Source of the DNA: an uncultured Candidatus Saccharibacteria bacterium
Lineage (GTDB): Bacteria > Patescibacteriota > Minisyncoccia > Minisyncoccales > GWA2-38-27
Assembly (NCBI GenBank): GCA_964609075.1
Contig: CAZSQP010000004.1
Span: 1 to 37,331 of the forward strand
DNA: 37,331 nucleotides
Direction of reading: 5' to 3'
The number at the start of each line of letters is the position of its first letter. The first letter of the stretch is position 1. Positions 23,768-32,341 of the stretch are shown here, in pieces. A program made the position numbers and the translations under genes. Under the pieces are notes generated by a model. It saw only the letters and a program-made list of their open reading frames with translations, had not been told where the DNA came from and made no database searches.

Positions 23768-24598
23768 ATGGAGAAGATAGCTGTAACAGGAGGAAAAGGA
23801 GGTGTGGGTAAGAGTACTGTAGCTGTAATAATGGCAGCTGATTTTTTGAAAAAAGGAAAGAAAGTAATTTTAGTAGATTGCGATGTAGAATGTCCTAATG
23901 ATTATTTGTTACTTGGCGCGGATCTAAAAAAAGAAGAAGAGAAAATTTATGGAGAGTTTCCTGTTTTAATTAAAGAGAAGTGTACTAAATGCGGTCTTTG
24001 TGTTGAGACCTGCAGAGAAAACGCTATTTTCCAGCCTAGAGATAAGGACGGAAACCTGGACTACCCTGTCTTTATAAGAGATCTTTGCTCTGGATGTGGT
24101 GCCTGCTGGACTGTTTGTCCTTTTGGAGCTATAAAGCCTCAAAAAGAAGAAATTGGAAAGATATATTTAAATAAAGTTAAAGATCTTTATTTAATAACAG
24201 GAGAGGCTAAGGCAGGATTAGAGGAGACAGGTCCTGTTGTAGAGGGAACTAAAAGTTTTGCTGAGAAGATAGCTAAAAAAGAAAAAGCAGACATTGTTCT
24301 TTTTGACACTGCAGCAGGGACCCATTGTCCTGTAATAAACGCTTTAATGAATGTTGATTCAGCTTATGCTGTTACAGAGCCTACTCCTATGGGTAAATAT
24401 GATTTGAGCTTGATTTTAGATCTCTGTAAAAAGCTTGGAGTTCCAGCAAGAGTTATCTTGAATCAATCTGATTTAGGTGATAAAAGCAATATTCTTAAAG
24501 TAGTTGATAAATTCAAAACAGAAATTGAAAGAGAGATTCCTTATTCTAAAAAGATAGTAGAAGCCTATTCTAAAGGTAAATTACTTGATTATGTTTAA
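23768..24598 (+). CDS. MinD/ParA-type P-loop ATPase with inserted 2x[4Fe-4S] ferredoxin domain
   Basis: 276-aa ORF with a deviant Walker A (GGKGGVGKST), CTKCGLCVETC, CSGCGACWTVCP and DTAAGTHCPV. Confidence 0.8.
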   Translation: MEKIAVTGGKGGVGKSTVAVIMAADFLKKGKKVILVDCDVECPNDYLLLGADLKKEEEKIYGEFPVLIKEKCTKCGLCVETCRENAIFQPRDKDGNLDYPVFIRDLCSGCGACWTVCPFGAIKPQKEEIGKIYLNKVKDLYLITGEAKAGLEETGPVVEGTKSFAEKIAKKEKADIVLFDTAAGTHCPVINALMNVDSAYAVTEPTPMGKYDLSLILDLCKKLGVPARVILNQSDLGDKSNILKVVDKFKTEIEREIPYSKKIVEAYSKGKLLDYV

Positions 24599-25151
24599 TA
24601 TTAGTAAGAACAAATGCGTCGGTTGCGAACTTTGTAGAAATGTCTGTCCTGAAATAATAGAGCTTGTAGACGGAGTAGCAATTATTAAAGAGCAAAATGA
24701 AGAATGCTTGAGTAAAGCTGTCAAAGTCTGTCCTCAGAGAGCTACAAAAGAGATCAATCAGGATTTAGTCTTCGCTATAGGCACAGATGATAATGAGAAA
24801 ATAAAATCAGATGATCACGTAGGAATGTCAAATTATTTTCAGATATGGAGGTACTCTCAAGGAGAATTATCTTTTCAAGAAAAAAGAGAAAATGTTAAAT
24901 ACAAAGAAGATGAAACAAGAATTCATGGAGACCCGGGCAAGGCTAAAGCGACAGCTTCTGCTCTTAAGGGAGTCGATGTTTTAGTTGGGAAAATGATGGG
25001 TCCTAATATTGTGAGATTAAGCAGTAAATTTGTGCCAGTAATTACCAGAGAGCCTGAAATTAAAAAATCTGTAGAGATGATTAAAACGAATATAAACGAA
25101 ATAGTTGAAGAGTATGAAAAAGAGAAGAGACATGGTATAATTTTAAATTAG
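24585..25151 (+). CDS. 4Fe-4S ferredoxin domain fused to a NifX/NifB-like domain
   Basis: 188-aa ORF. CVGCELCRNVCP...VCPQRA is followed by LVFAIGTDDNEKIKSDDHVGMSNYFQIW...VLVGKMMGPN. Confidence 0.55.
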   Translation: MIMFNISKNKCVGCELCRNVCPEIIELVDGVAIIKEQNEECLSKAVKVCPQRATKEINQDLVFAIGTDDNEKIKSDDHVGMSNYFQIWRYSQGELSFQEKRENVKYKEDETRIHGDPGKAKATASALKGVDVLVGKMMGPNIVRLSSKFVPVITREPEIKKSVEMIKTNINEIVEEYEKEKRHGIILN

Positions 25152-25154
25152 AAA

Positions 25155-26807
25155 ATGAAAAAAGATTATTCAATTTTAATAGGGGGAAAAGCAGGACAGG
25201 GAACAAGAAAGGCAGGTTTGGTAATAGCCAAGCTTCTTTCTCAATTAGGATACAGGATATTTATCTATGATGATTATCAGTCTTTAATTAGAGGAGGTCA
25301 TAGTTTTTCCCAAATAAGAGCTTCAGATAAAGAGGTTTTATCTCATCGTGAAAAAATAGATTTTCTTTTAGCTTTAGATAAAGATACAGTAGAAAAACAT
25401 AAAAAAGATTTAGATAAGGAAGGAATAATAGTCTATAACAAAGACAGTTTTTCTCTTGATATTGAAAAATCTAAAGGAATAGCTGTTAAAGATATTGTAG
25501 AAAAAGCAGGAGGAAGCCCCATAATGGAGAATGTTGCTTTTGTAGCTTCTTTTGCCAAAATAGTAGGTATTAAGTGGGAGATGTTGGAGAAAGTTTTGAA
25601 GAAAGAGTTTAAAAAATACCAAGAGGTTAATTTAAAAATAGCAAAACTTTCTTTTGAAAAGGCAGAGGAGATTATTGAAATTAAGAAATTAAATAAGAAG
25701 ATAAAGACTCTTTTAACAGGCAACGAAGCTGTTTCTCTGGGGGCTGTAAAAGCAGGATTAGATATTTACATGGCTTATCCCATGACTCCTGCAAGCGGTA
25801 TTCTTCACTATTTAGCTAGACATAAAGAGGAGTTTGGCATAGGTGTCTGTCATTTAGAAAATGAGATAGGAGTTGCTAATGCAGCTATAGGATCTGCTTA
25901 CACCGGGGCTAGAACGATGGTTGGAACTTCAGGAGGAGGTTTTGCTTTAATGACAGAAGCTCTTAGTTTAGCAGCTCAAAGTGAGAATCCTTTAGTTATA
26001 GTTGAAAGCCAAAGAATGTCTCCTGGAACAGGAGTAGCTACCTATCAGGGTCAAGGAGATCTTCTTTTCGCTTTGACAGCGGGCCATGGTGATATTGTCA
26101 GATTTGTTGTAGCTCCAGGAGATGCTGATGAGGCCTGTTTATGGTCAGGGAAGGTAATGAATCTTTCTTGGAAATATCAAACTCCTTCTATTCTTTTAAT
26201 AGATAAAGAAATATCAGAAAGCACATTTAGCTTTGACGATAATGTTTTGAAGAGAATAAAAGAGGAAAAAAATCTTCTTTGGGACAAAAAAGGAAAATAT
26301 TTGAGGTATAAGGATACAAAGAAGGGAATTTCGCCTCTTGCTTTCCCGGGAGAGGATAATGTTGTTTCTAAATCAAACAGTTACGAGCACGATGAGTTTG
26401 GGATATCTGTAGAAGACAGAGAGAGCATTGTTAAAATGCAGAATAAGAGACTGAGAAAGTTTGAAGAGATGAGAAAGGAAATAGATAAAATGAAAGCTGT
26501 TAATGTCTACGGCAGAGGCAGCAAGGCGATTATTGCTTGGGGTTCTACAAAGGGTCCCGCTAAAGAGGCTGTTGAAAAGATGGGTTTGAAGATGATACAG
26601 CCTGTTGTTTTGGAACCCTTTCCAGAGAAAGAAATGAAGAAAGCTCTAAAAGGAGTTAAAAAAATAGCTTTGGTAGAAACAAACGGTTTAGGCCAGCTTG
26701 GAGAAGTTTTAAAATATCATGGAATAAAGGTAGATAAGAAATTTTTAAAATATGATGCTAGACCCTTTTTGCCAGAAGAAATAGAAAAAGAATTATCTAA
26801 TTTTTAA
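25155..26807 (+). CDS. korA: 2-oxoacid:ferredoxin oxidoreductase, fused gamma-alpha subunit
   Basis: 550-aa ORF. The N-terminal gamma-type region (ILIGGKAGQGTRKAG) is followed by an alpha-type region (GNEAVSLGAVKAG...YPMTPAS...GGGFALM). Confidence 0.8.
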   Translation: MKKDYSILIGGKAGQGTRKAGLVIAKLLSQLGYRIFIYDDYQSLIRGGHSFSQIRASDKEVLSHREKIDFLLALDKDTVEKHKKDLDKEGIIVYNKDSFSLDIEKSKGIAVKDIVEKAGGSPIMENVAFVASFAKIVGIKWEMLEKVLKKEFKKYQEVNLKIAKLSFEKAEEIIEIKKLNKKIKTLLTGNEAVSLGAVKAGLDIYMAYPMTPASGILHYLARHKEEFGIGVCHLENEIGVANAAIGSAYTGARTMVGTSGGGFALMTEALSLAAQSENPLVIVESQRMSPGTGVATYQGQGDLLFALTAGHGDIVRFVVAPGDADEACLWSGKVMNLSWKYQTPSILLIDKEISESTFSFDDNVLKRIKEEKNLLWDKKGKYLRYKDTKKGISPLAFPGEDNVVSKSNSYEHDEFGISVEDRESIVKMQNKRLRKFEEMRKEIDKMKAVNVYGRGSKAIIAWGSTKGPAKEAVEKMGLKMIQPVVLEPFPEKEMKKALKGVKKIALVETNGLGQLGEVLKYHGIKVDKKFLKYDARPFLPEEIEKELSNF

Positions 26808-26809
26808 TT

Positions 26810-27667
26810 ATGGATAAAAAAAATCTTGATACTTATGCTAAAAATACCTGGTGTCCTGGTTGCTCGAACTTCGCTATTCTTAACGCCTTAAAAGGCGCAG
26901 TCTCTTCCTTGATAGAAAAAGGAACGAGAAAAGAAGATATTGTTGTAGTTAGCGGGATAGGATGCAGCTCTAAAATTATTGATTATCTAAATTTAAACAG
27001 TTTTTCTTCTCTTCATGGTCGTCCTATTATTTCAGCTGAAGGTATAAAGCTGGGGAACCCCGATCTTAAAGTGATAGTATGCGCCGGGGACGGAGGAATC
27101 TATGATGAAGGAATTTCTCATTTAATTCATGCTGCCAAAAGAAATAGCGATATTACTGTTTTAGTCCATAACAACAGGCTTTTTGCCTTGACCACAGGAC
27201 AATTTACAGCTACCTCTCCCGAGAATTTTAAAGGAAAGTCTACTCCAGAGGGGAGCACAGAAAAGCCGATCAATCCGTTAAAAGTGGTTTTCTCTTCAAA
27301 TGGAACCTTTATATCAAGAGGATACTCTTTAAAGGCAAAGCATTTAGAGAATTTGATTGTTAAAGCAGTAAATCATAATGGATTTTCTTTTATTGATATT
27401 CTTCAACCTTGTATTTCTTTTTTCAATAACGTTGCTTTCTATAACGAGAGAATATATGAGTTAGAAGACAATGATTTAGATTCAAAAGAGAAAGCTCTAG
27501 AAAAGATAGAAGAATGGGATTATGATAAAACAGAAGGAAAAATCCCTATAGGTTTGTTTTACAATATTAAAGAACCTGCTTATTGGAAAGAAAATTTGGG
27601 TAATTTAGATTTTTCTCAAAAAAGAAAAGAGGTCGATTTTAAAAAGTTTTTAAAAGAAAATCATTAA
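26810..27667 (+). CDS. korB: 2-oxoacid:ferredoxin oxidoreductase, beta (TPP-binding) subunit
   Basis: 285-aa ORF with WCPGCSNFAIL, GIGCSS and GDGGIYDEG. Confidence 0.85.
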   Translation: MDKKNLDTYAKNTWCPGCSNFAILNALKGAVSSLIEKGTRKEDIVVVSGIGCSSKIIDYLNLNSFSSLHGRPIISAEGIKLGNPDLKVIVCAGDGGIYDEGISHLIHAAKRNSDITVLVHNNRLFALTTGQFTATSPENFKGKSTPEGSTEKPINPLKVVFSSNGTFISRGYSLKAKHLENLIVKAVNHNGFSFIDILQPCISFFNNVAFYNERIYELEDNDLDSKEKALEKIEEWDYDKTEGKIPIGLFYNIKEPAYWKENLGNLDFSQKRKEVDFKKFLKENH

Positions 27668-27669
27668 AT

Positions 27670-27999
27670 ATGTCTTACAAAGTAAATAAAGAAAAATGTT
27701 TAGGTGTTAAAAACTGTGGTGTTTGTATCCAGAGTTGTCCCGGTGCTACAAAAGAGGGAAGCGACGGAAAAGCTGAAGTTGCAGACCAGGAAAAACTAGA
27801 GCAATGCGGAGGAGAAAGTGTCTGTCCTATGGGGGCTATAGAAAAGGCGGATGGAGATTCTCAGCCTCAAGCAGAAAGACAAGCTCAGCCTCCTTTCCCT
27901 GGGCAAGGTAGAGGAATGGGAGCTGGCAGAGGAAGGGGTCTTGGTAGAGGACCCAGAGACGGCAGAGGAAGAGGAATGGGTGGGGGCGGAAGAAGATAA
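27670..27999 (+). CDS. Ferredoxin-like 4Fe-4S protein with a 35-aa Gly/Arg-rich C-terminal tail
   Basis: 109-aa ORF with CGVCIQSCP and CGGESVCP. The tail is PFPGQGRGMGAGRGRGLGRGPRDGRGRGMGGGGRR. Confidence 0.7.
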   Translation: MSYKVNKEKCLGVKNCGVCIQSCPGATKEGSDGKAEVADQEKLEQCGGESVCPMGAIEKADGDSQPQAERQAQPPFPGQGRGMGAGRGRGLGRGPRDGRGRGMGGGGRR

Positions 28000-28000
28000 A

Positions 28001-28312
28001 ATGATTGAAATTACCGGTCAAAACTTTGAAGAGGTAATAAATTCAAAAGAGCCTGTTTTGATTGACTTTTGGAGTCCAGGTTGTCCTCCTTGTGAAATGA
28101 TAGCTCCTATTATTGAAGAAATTGATAAAGAGTTTAAAGAAAAAGTGAAAGTAGGAAAAGTTAATGTCAGAGAGAATCCTGATTTAGCTCAGAAATATGA
28201 AATTATGGGAGTGCCTACTTTGATTATTTTTAAAGAAGCAGAGCTGAAAGAGAGGGCAACAGGACTTCGCTCTAAAGAGGTTATTGAGAATAAATTAAAA
28301 TCATTGTTATAA
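28001..28312 (+). CDS. trxA: Thioredoxin
   Basis: MIEITGQNFEEVI...DFWSPGCPPCEMIAP...GVPTLIIF. The track ORF opens at 27851, but that stretch is an alternate frame of the Gly/Arg tail. Confidence 0.85.
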   Translation: MIEITGQNFEEVINSKEPVLIDFWSPGCPPCEMIAPIIEEIDKEFKEKVKVGKVNVRENPDLAQKYEIMGVPTLIIFKEAELKERATGLRSKEVIENKLKSLL

Positions 28313-28316
28313 TTCT

Positions 28317-28829
28317 ATGGCAATTATATCCAATATAGAAAAAGATAAAGCAGAAGAGGAAGCAAAAGGGGTCTACGATAAGTTTGAAAAAGATACAGGT
28401 AAGGTTCCAGAATGGGTAAAAGTAATGGCTCACAATCCCAAAGTGGTTAAGGAGTTTACAGAGCTTTTCAAGGTCGTAATGAAAGAGGGATACATAGAGC
28501 CTTTATTGAGGTGGAAAATAGCTTATACTGTCTCTCAGACCTTAAAATGCCGCTTCTGTGTTGATGTGACAGAAAAAATGCTTGTCAGTCTTGGAGCTGA
28601 TAAGGAAACTATAAGAAAAGTTAAAGAGAGAGAAGGACTTGAAGAGAAAGAGAAAGAGGTCTTGGAATTAGTCAAGAAGGTAACTGAAACCGCTCAATGC
28701 GATACAGGTCTTTTTAAAAAATTAAAGGAGAATTTTTCTGAGGCAGAGCTTGTAGAAATAGTTTCTATTATAGGTTTGTTTAATTACATTAATAGATTTA
28801 ATAATACATTTTGTATTCTTCCAGAGTAA
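28317..28829 (+). CDS. Carboxymuconolactone decarboxylase/AhpD-like family protein
   Basis: 170-aa ORF with a CRFC CxxC motif in an all-helical context (IAYTVSQTLKCRFCVD). Confidence 0.6.
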   Translation: MAIISNIEKDKAEEEAKGVYDKFEKDTGKVPEWVKVMAHNPKVVKEFTELFKVVMKEGYIEPLLRWKIAYTVSQTLKCRFCVDVTEKMLVSLGADKETIRKVKEREGLEEKEKEVLELVKKVTETAQCDTGLFKKLKENFSEAELVEIVSIIGLFNYINRFNNTFCILPE

Positions 28830-28830
28830 G

Positions 28831-29961
28831 ATGTTTAAAAAAACTCTTTTCTTCGTTTTAATCTTAATTTTGTTTTTAAGTTTTTTCTCTCTTGTTTCAG
28901 CTCAAGGAAAGATTGAGCTTAATTTCTTTTACAGTAAAACCTGTCCTCATTGCGCCAAAGAGAAGACCTTTCTAGAAAATGAGATAGTTAGCAAATATTC
29001 TCAAGTTGAATTAAATAAGCTTCTTATTTCAGAGAATGTGGATTTTCTTAAAGATTTTTACAAAGAATATGATGTTCCAGAAGCAAAGTATGGATTGGTT
29101 CCTATACTTTTTATTGATGGAAACTATTTCTTAGGTTTTAATGAAGAAATAGGAGAAGAGATAGAAGAATGTATTTTGAGTAAGATAGAAGGAGAGAAAG
29201 AGCCGTGCCCTTCTTCCGAAAAAGAAGATATAGTCAGTATTCCTTTTTTGGGAAAGATAGATGCTAGTAAATATTCTCTTCCTGCTCTTTCCGTAGTTTT
29301 AGGTTTTTTTGATGGCTTCAATGTCTGTTCTTTAGGGGCCCTTGTTTTGATTTTAGGCTTAGTTTTGGCTTTAAGAGAAAGAAGAAAGATATTTATCTAC
29401 GGAGGAGTATTTATAGGGACTACAGCTTTAATTTATGGTCTTTTAATAGTAGTTTGGCATCAGATTTTTTCTTTTCTTGCCTCTTATTTAAGAGGAATGG
29501 AAATATTAATTGGTGTGCTTGGTATTTGCGGAGGAGCCTATTTTTTAAGAGAGTTTATAAGGTTTAGGAAGTACGGTCCTACTTGTCAGAACCAGGGTAA
29601 TATTTCAAAATTTACTCTTAAGATAAAAAAGACCCTTCAAGAATCAGAGAGTATAATTCTGATAATAGGCAGTTTGCTTTCCTTTGCTGCTATAATAACT
29701 ATTGTAGAATTTCCTTGTTCTGCTGCTATCCCTGTTTTTTTCGCTTCTGTTCTAGCCGAGGCTCAGCTTCCTGTTTCTTTATATCTTCTCTATATAGCTA
29801 TCTTTGTTCTCTTTTATATGATAGATGAGATTATAGTTTTCCTTATAGCTTTCTTTACTATGAGTATTAGAATAGCTTCTCCTAAATTCACTACTTGGAT
29901 TACTTTATTAGAATCTGTTATTCTCTTTATCCTCGGTTTCTATTATTTATTTGGTTTTTAA
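28831..29961 (+). CDS. Secreted thioredoxin/glutaredoxin-fold domain fused to a CcdA/DsbD-like polytopic membrane domain
   Basis: 376-aa ORF. It has a signal-like N-terminus, then FFYSKTCPHCAKEK, then six or so hydrophobic segments with GFNVCSLGAL and VEFPCSAAIP. Confidence 0.55.
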   Translation: MFKKTLFFVLILILFLSFFSLVSAQGKIELNFFYSKTCPHCAKEKTFLENEIVSKYSQVELNKLLISENVDFLKDFYKEYDVPEAKYGLVPILFIDGNYFLGFNEEIGEEIEECILSKIEGEKEPCPSSEKEDIVSIPFLGKIDASKYSLPALSVVLGFFDGFNVCSLGALVLILGLVLALRERRKIFIYGGVFIGTTALIYGLLIVVWHQIFSFLASYLRGMEILIGVLGICGGAYFLREFIRFRKYGPTCQNQGNISKFTLKIKKTLQESESIILIIGSLLSFAAIITIVEFPCSAAIPVFFASVLAEAQLPVSLYLLYIAIFVLFYMIDEIIVFLIAFFTMSIRIASPKFTTWITLLESVILFILGFYYLFGF

Positions 29962-29964
29962 TTT

Positions 29965-30687
29965 ATGGATTTTTCGGAAACTTTTACTTGGGTATCTATA
30001 TTTGCGATCTCAGCTGCTATAATTAATGGGTTGGGTATCTTAGCTATTTTTAGGTATAGAGAATGGGCAGAAAAGACAAAACCCTATTTTATGTGTTTTG
30101 CGGCTGGGGTTTTAGTTTCTACTCCCTTAATGCTGGCCTTGCCCCAGGCAGTTAAGAAGAATTCTTACGCAGGTTTTTTTGCTTTAATAGGATTTCTGTT
30201 TATGTTCTTTTCCAACGAGCTGATAAAGTATCGTACAAAGCAAAAGGAGCTTGCCTTTGGTATAACAGCAGCTGAAGGTATTGGAATTCACTCTTTTGTT
30301 GATGGAATAATTTATGCTGTAACTTTCAGTGTTAGCATATTTACAGGATTTGTAGCGGGAATAGGATTGGTAATCCATGAGTTTGCAGAAGGGGTTATAA
30401 CTTACCTTGTTTTATTGAAAGGCAATATGAATAAGAAAGTCGCTGCTTTCTATGCTTTTTTAATAGCATCTTTAACTACGCCCTTAGGCGCTTTTATAGC
30501 TTATCCCTTTATATCTAAACTGGGGGATGAAAAATTAGGATTAATGCTTGGTTTTGTATCAGGTGTTTTAATTTATATCTCTGCTTCTCATCTTTTACCC
30601 GAGGCAAGAGAACACGAAAAGAAGCATTCTACCCTGGCTTTTATAGCTGGAGTATTACTGGCTTTATTTATTGTATTGTCGAAATAA
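29965..30687 (+). CDS. ZIP family metal transporter
   Basis: 240-aa polytopic ORF with GIGIHSFVDG, IHEFAEG and SHLLPEA. Confidence 0.8.
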   Translation: MDFSETFTWVSIFAISAAIINGLGILAIFRYREWAEKTKPYFMCFAAGVLVSTPLMLALPQAVKKNSYAGFFALIGFLFMFFSNELIKYRTKQKELAFGITAAEGIGIHSFVDGIIYAVTFSVSIFTGFVAGIGLVIHEFAEGVITYLVLLKGNMNKKVAAFYAFLIASLTTPLGAFIAYPFISKLGDEKLGLMLGFVSGVLIYISASHLLPEAREHEKKHSTLAFIAGVLLALFIVLSK

Positions 30688-30713
30688 AGTTTTATAAGAG
30701 TTATTATTTAATT

Positions 30714-30905
30714 ATGGTTTGTAAGTGGTTTAAAATTTGTCCTCTAAGGAAATTGGAAAAAGAAGAGAGGATTTCAAATAAATGGAGAAAAGAATATTGT
30801 GAAACAGAGGATAACTGGAAAAATTGTAAAAGGTATCAAGCAGAAGAAAAAGGTCAACATCACTCTGACAATATGATGCCAGATGGTACTTATGAAAAAT
30901 ATTAG
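30714..30905 (+). CDS. Small conserved four-Cys protein
   Basis: 63-aa ORF (CKWFKICPLRKLEKEERISNKWRKEYCETEDNWKNCKRYQAEEKG..HSDNMMPDG). From memory it resembles a family in anaerobes that is often labelled uracil-DNA glycosylase without a glycosylase fold. Confidence 0.45.
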   Translation: MVCKWFKICPLRKLEKEERISNKWRKEYCETEDNWKNCKRYQAEEKGQHHSDNMMPDGTYEKY

Positions 30906-31839
30906 AACTTATTTAGTTTCTTCTCTAATTGTATTTTTACTCATTTTATCTGGGGCCCTCTTTTTTCTGAAGAAAGAAAAGGATTTTACCATTATTGTTC
31001 TTCCTGACACTCAGAAATATTTTTTAGATAAAGAAGATTCAGAAGTTTTTAAAGGACAGATCGAGTGGATTCTAGAGAATAAAGATTTAATGAATATAAG
31101 GTTTGTAACTCATGAAGGAGATATTGTAGAGAATTGGGATAATGAAGGAGAATGGCAGAAAGCTAAGTCTATCATAAATCTCCTTTTCGAGAATGAAGTA
31201 CCCTTTAGTGTTGTGCCTGGTAATCATGATCATAAGGGCTATGACACAAAAGGCTCCTCTTTTTTTTACAATAAGTATTTTCCGGAATATTATTTTTCTA
31301 ATAAGAAATGGTGGGGCGGTAGTTATAACGGCAACGATAACAACTATCAGCTTTTAAATATAGAGGGTATAGAATTTATCTTTCTCAATTTAGATTGGTG
31401 TCCTTCTCAAGATGAGATTGAATGGGCTAACAGTATTCTAGATAAATATCCAGAAAGAAGAGCTATCTTAACTACTCATGGATATCTCGATGACGCTACC
31501 TCTACCAGAAAAGGAATTCATGGATGTCATAATACCAATTATATTTGGGACGATCTTGTGAAAAAGCACGAGAATCTTCAGATTGTTCTATCCGGTCACG
31601 AACACGATGATGATGGAGAAGCTTTTAGAAGGGATGTTAATCTATCAGGTAGGCAAGTTTATCAGATGATGGCTGACTATCAAGGAGAACCCAATGGGGG
31701 TAATGGTTGGCTGAGGATTCTTTTATTTTCCCCTTCAGATGATAAAATTTATATTAAAACATATTCTCCTTATCTTGATAAATATGAGGAAGATAGTAAC
31801 AGTCAGTTTATCTTAGATTATAATATGGCAGGCAATTAA
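30883..31839 (+). CDS. Calcineurin-like metallophosphoesterase, membrane-anchored
   Basis: 318-aa ORF with an N-terminal hydrophobic segment, HEGDIVENW, PGNHD, TTHGY and SGHEH. The start may instead be the ATG at 30892. Confidence 0.75.
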   Translation: MVLMKNIRTYLVSSLIVFLLILSGALFFLKKEKDFTIIVLPDTQKYFLDKEDSEVFKGQIEWILENKDLMNIRFVTHEGDIVENWDNEGEWQKAKSIINLLFENEVPFSVVPGNHDHKGYDTKGSSFFYNKYFPEYYFSNKKWWGGSYNGNDNNYQLLNIEGIEFIFLNLDWCPSQDEIEWANSILDKYPERRAILTTHGYLDDATSTRKGIHGCHNTNYIWDDLVKKHENLQIVLSGHEHDDDGEAFRRDVNLSGRQVYQMMADYQGEPNGGNGWLRILLFSPSDDKIYIKTYSPYLDKYEEDSNSQFILDYNMAGN

Positions 31840-31867
31840 GGGAGTCTAATTAGCAAGAATACGAAAA

Positions 31868-32341
31868 ATGAAGAGTTTAATAATCTACAAATCCATTCAT
31901 CATAAGAATACTCAGAAAATAGCTAAAGCAATGGCTAATGCCATTCAATCAGACTTAGTCTGTGTTGATGGTCTAGATAAAAGCATTTTATCTGATTATA
32001 AATTAATTGGTTTTGGCTCTGGTATTTATTTTGGAAAGCATCATAAAGATTTATTAAAATTAGCAGACAATATCTCCGGTAACAATAAGGTGTTTATTTT
32101 TTCGACTAGCGGCTTAAACAACAAAGGAAATTTCTTCAATAATATTCGCCTTGGCGCCTTTCATTTTCATAATCATTTAAAAAAGAAACTCTCTGATAAG
32201 GGATTTAAGGTTGTAGGAAAATTTAATTGTCCTGGTTTTGATACAGCCGGTCCTTTCAAGTTTTTAGGGGGCATAAGCAAAGGAAGGCCAAATAATAAAG
32301 ATATTAAAAGAGCTGAAGACTTTGCTCTTAGTTTAATATGA
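31868..32341 (+). CDS. Flavodoxin-fold protein
   Basis: 157-aa ORF with MKSLIIYKSIHHKNTQKIAKAMA and LIGFGSGIYFGKHH. Confidence 0.55.
   Translation: MKSLIIYKSIHHKNTQKIAKAMANAIQSDLVCVDGLDKSILSDYKLIGFGSGIYFGKHHKDLLKLADNISGNNKVFIFSTSGLNNKGNFFNNIRLGAFHFHNHLKKKLSDKGFKVVGKFNCPGFDTAGPFKFLGGISKGRPNNKDIKRAEDFALSLI

Noticed and set aside
27851-28000. A 50-aa N-terminal extension of the thioredoxin ORF (track ORF 27851-28312).
   Set aside because: It is an alternate reading frame of the GGA/AGA-rich DNA that encodes the ferredoxin Gly/Arg tail. The thioredoxin fold begins at the ATG at 28001, 1 nt after the ferredoxin stop.
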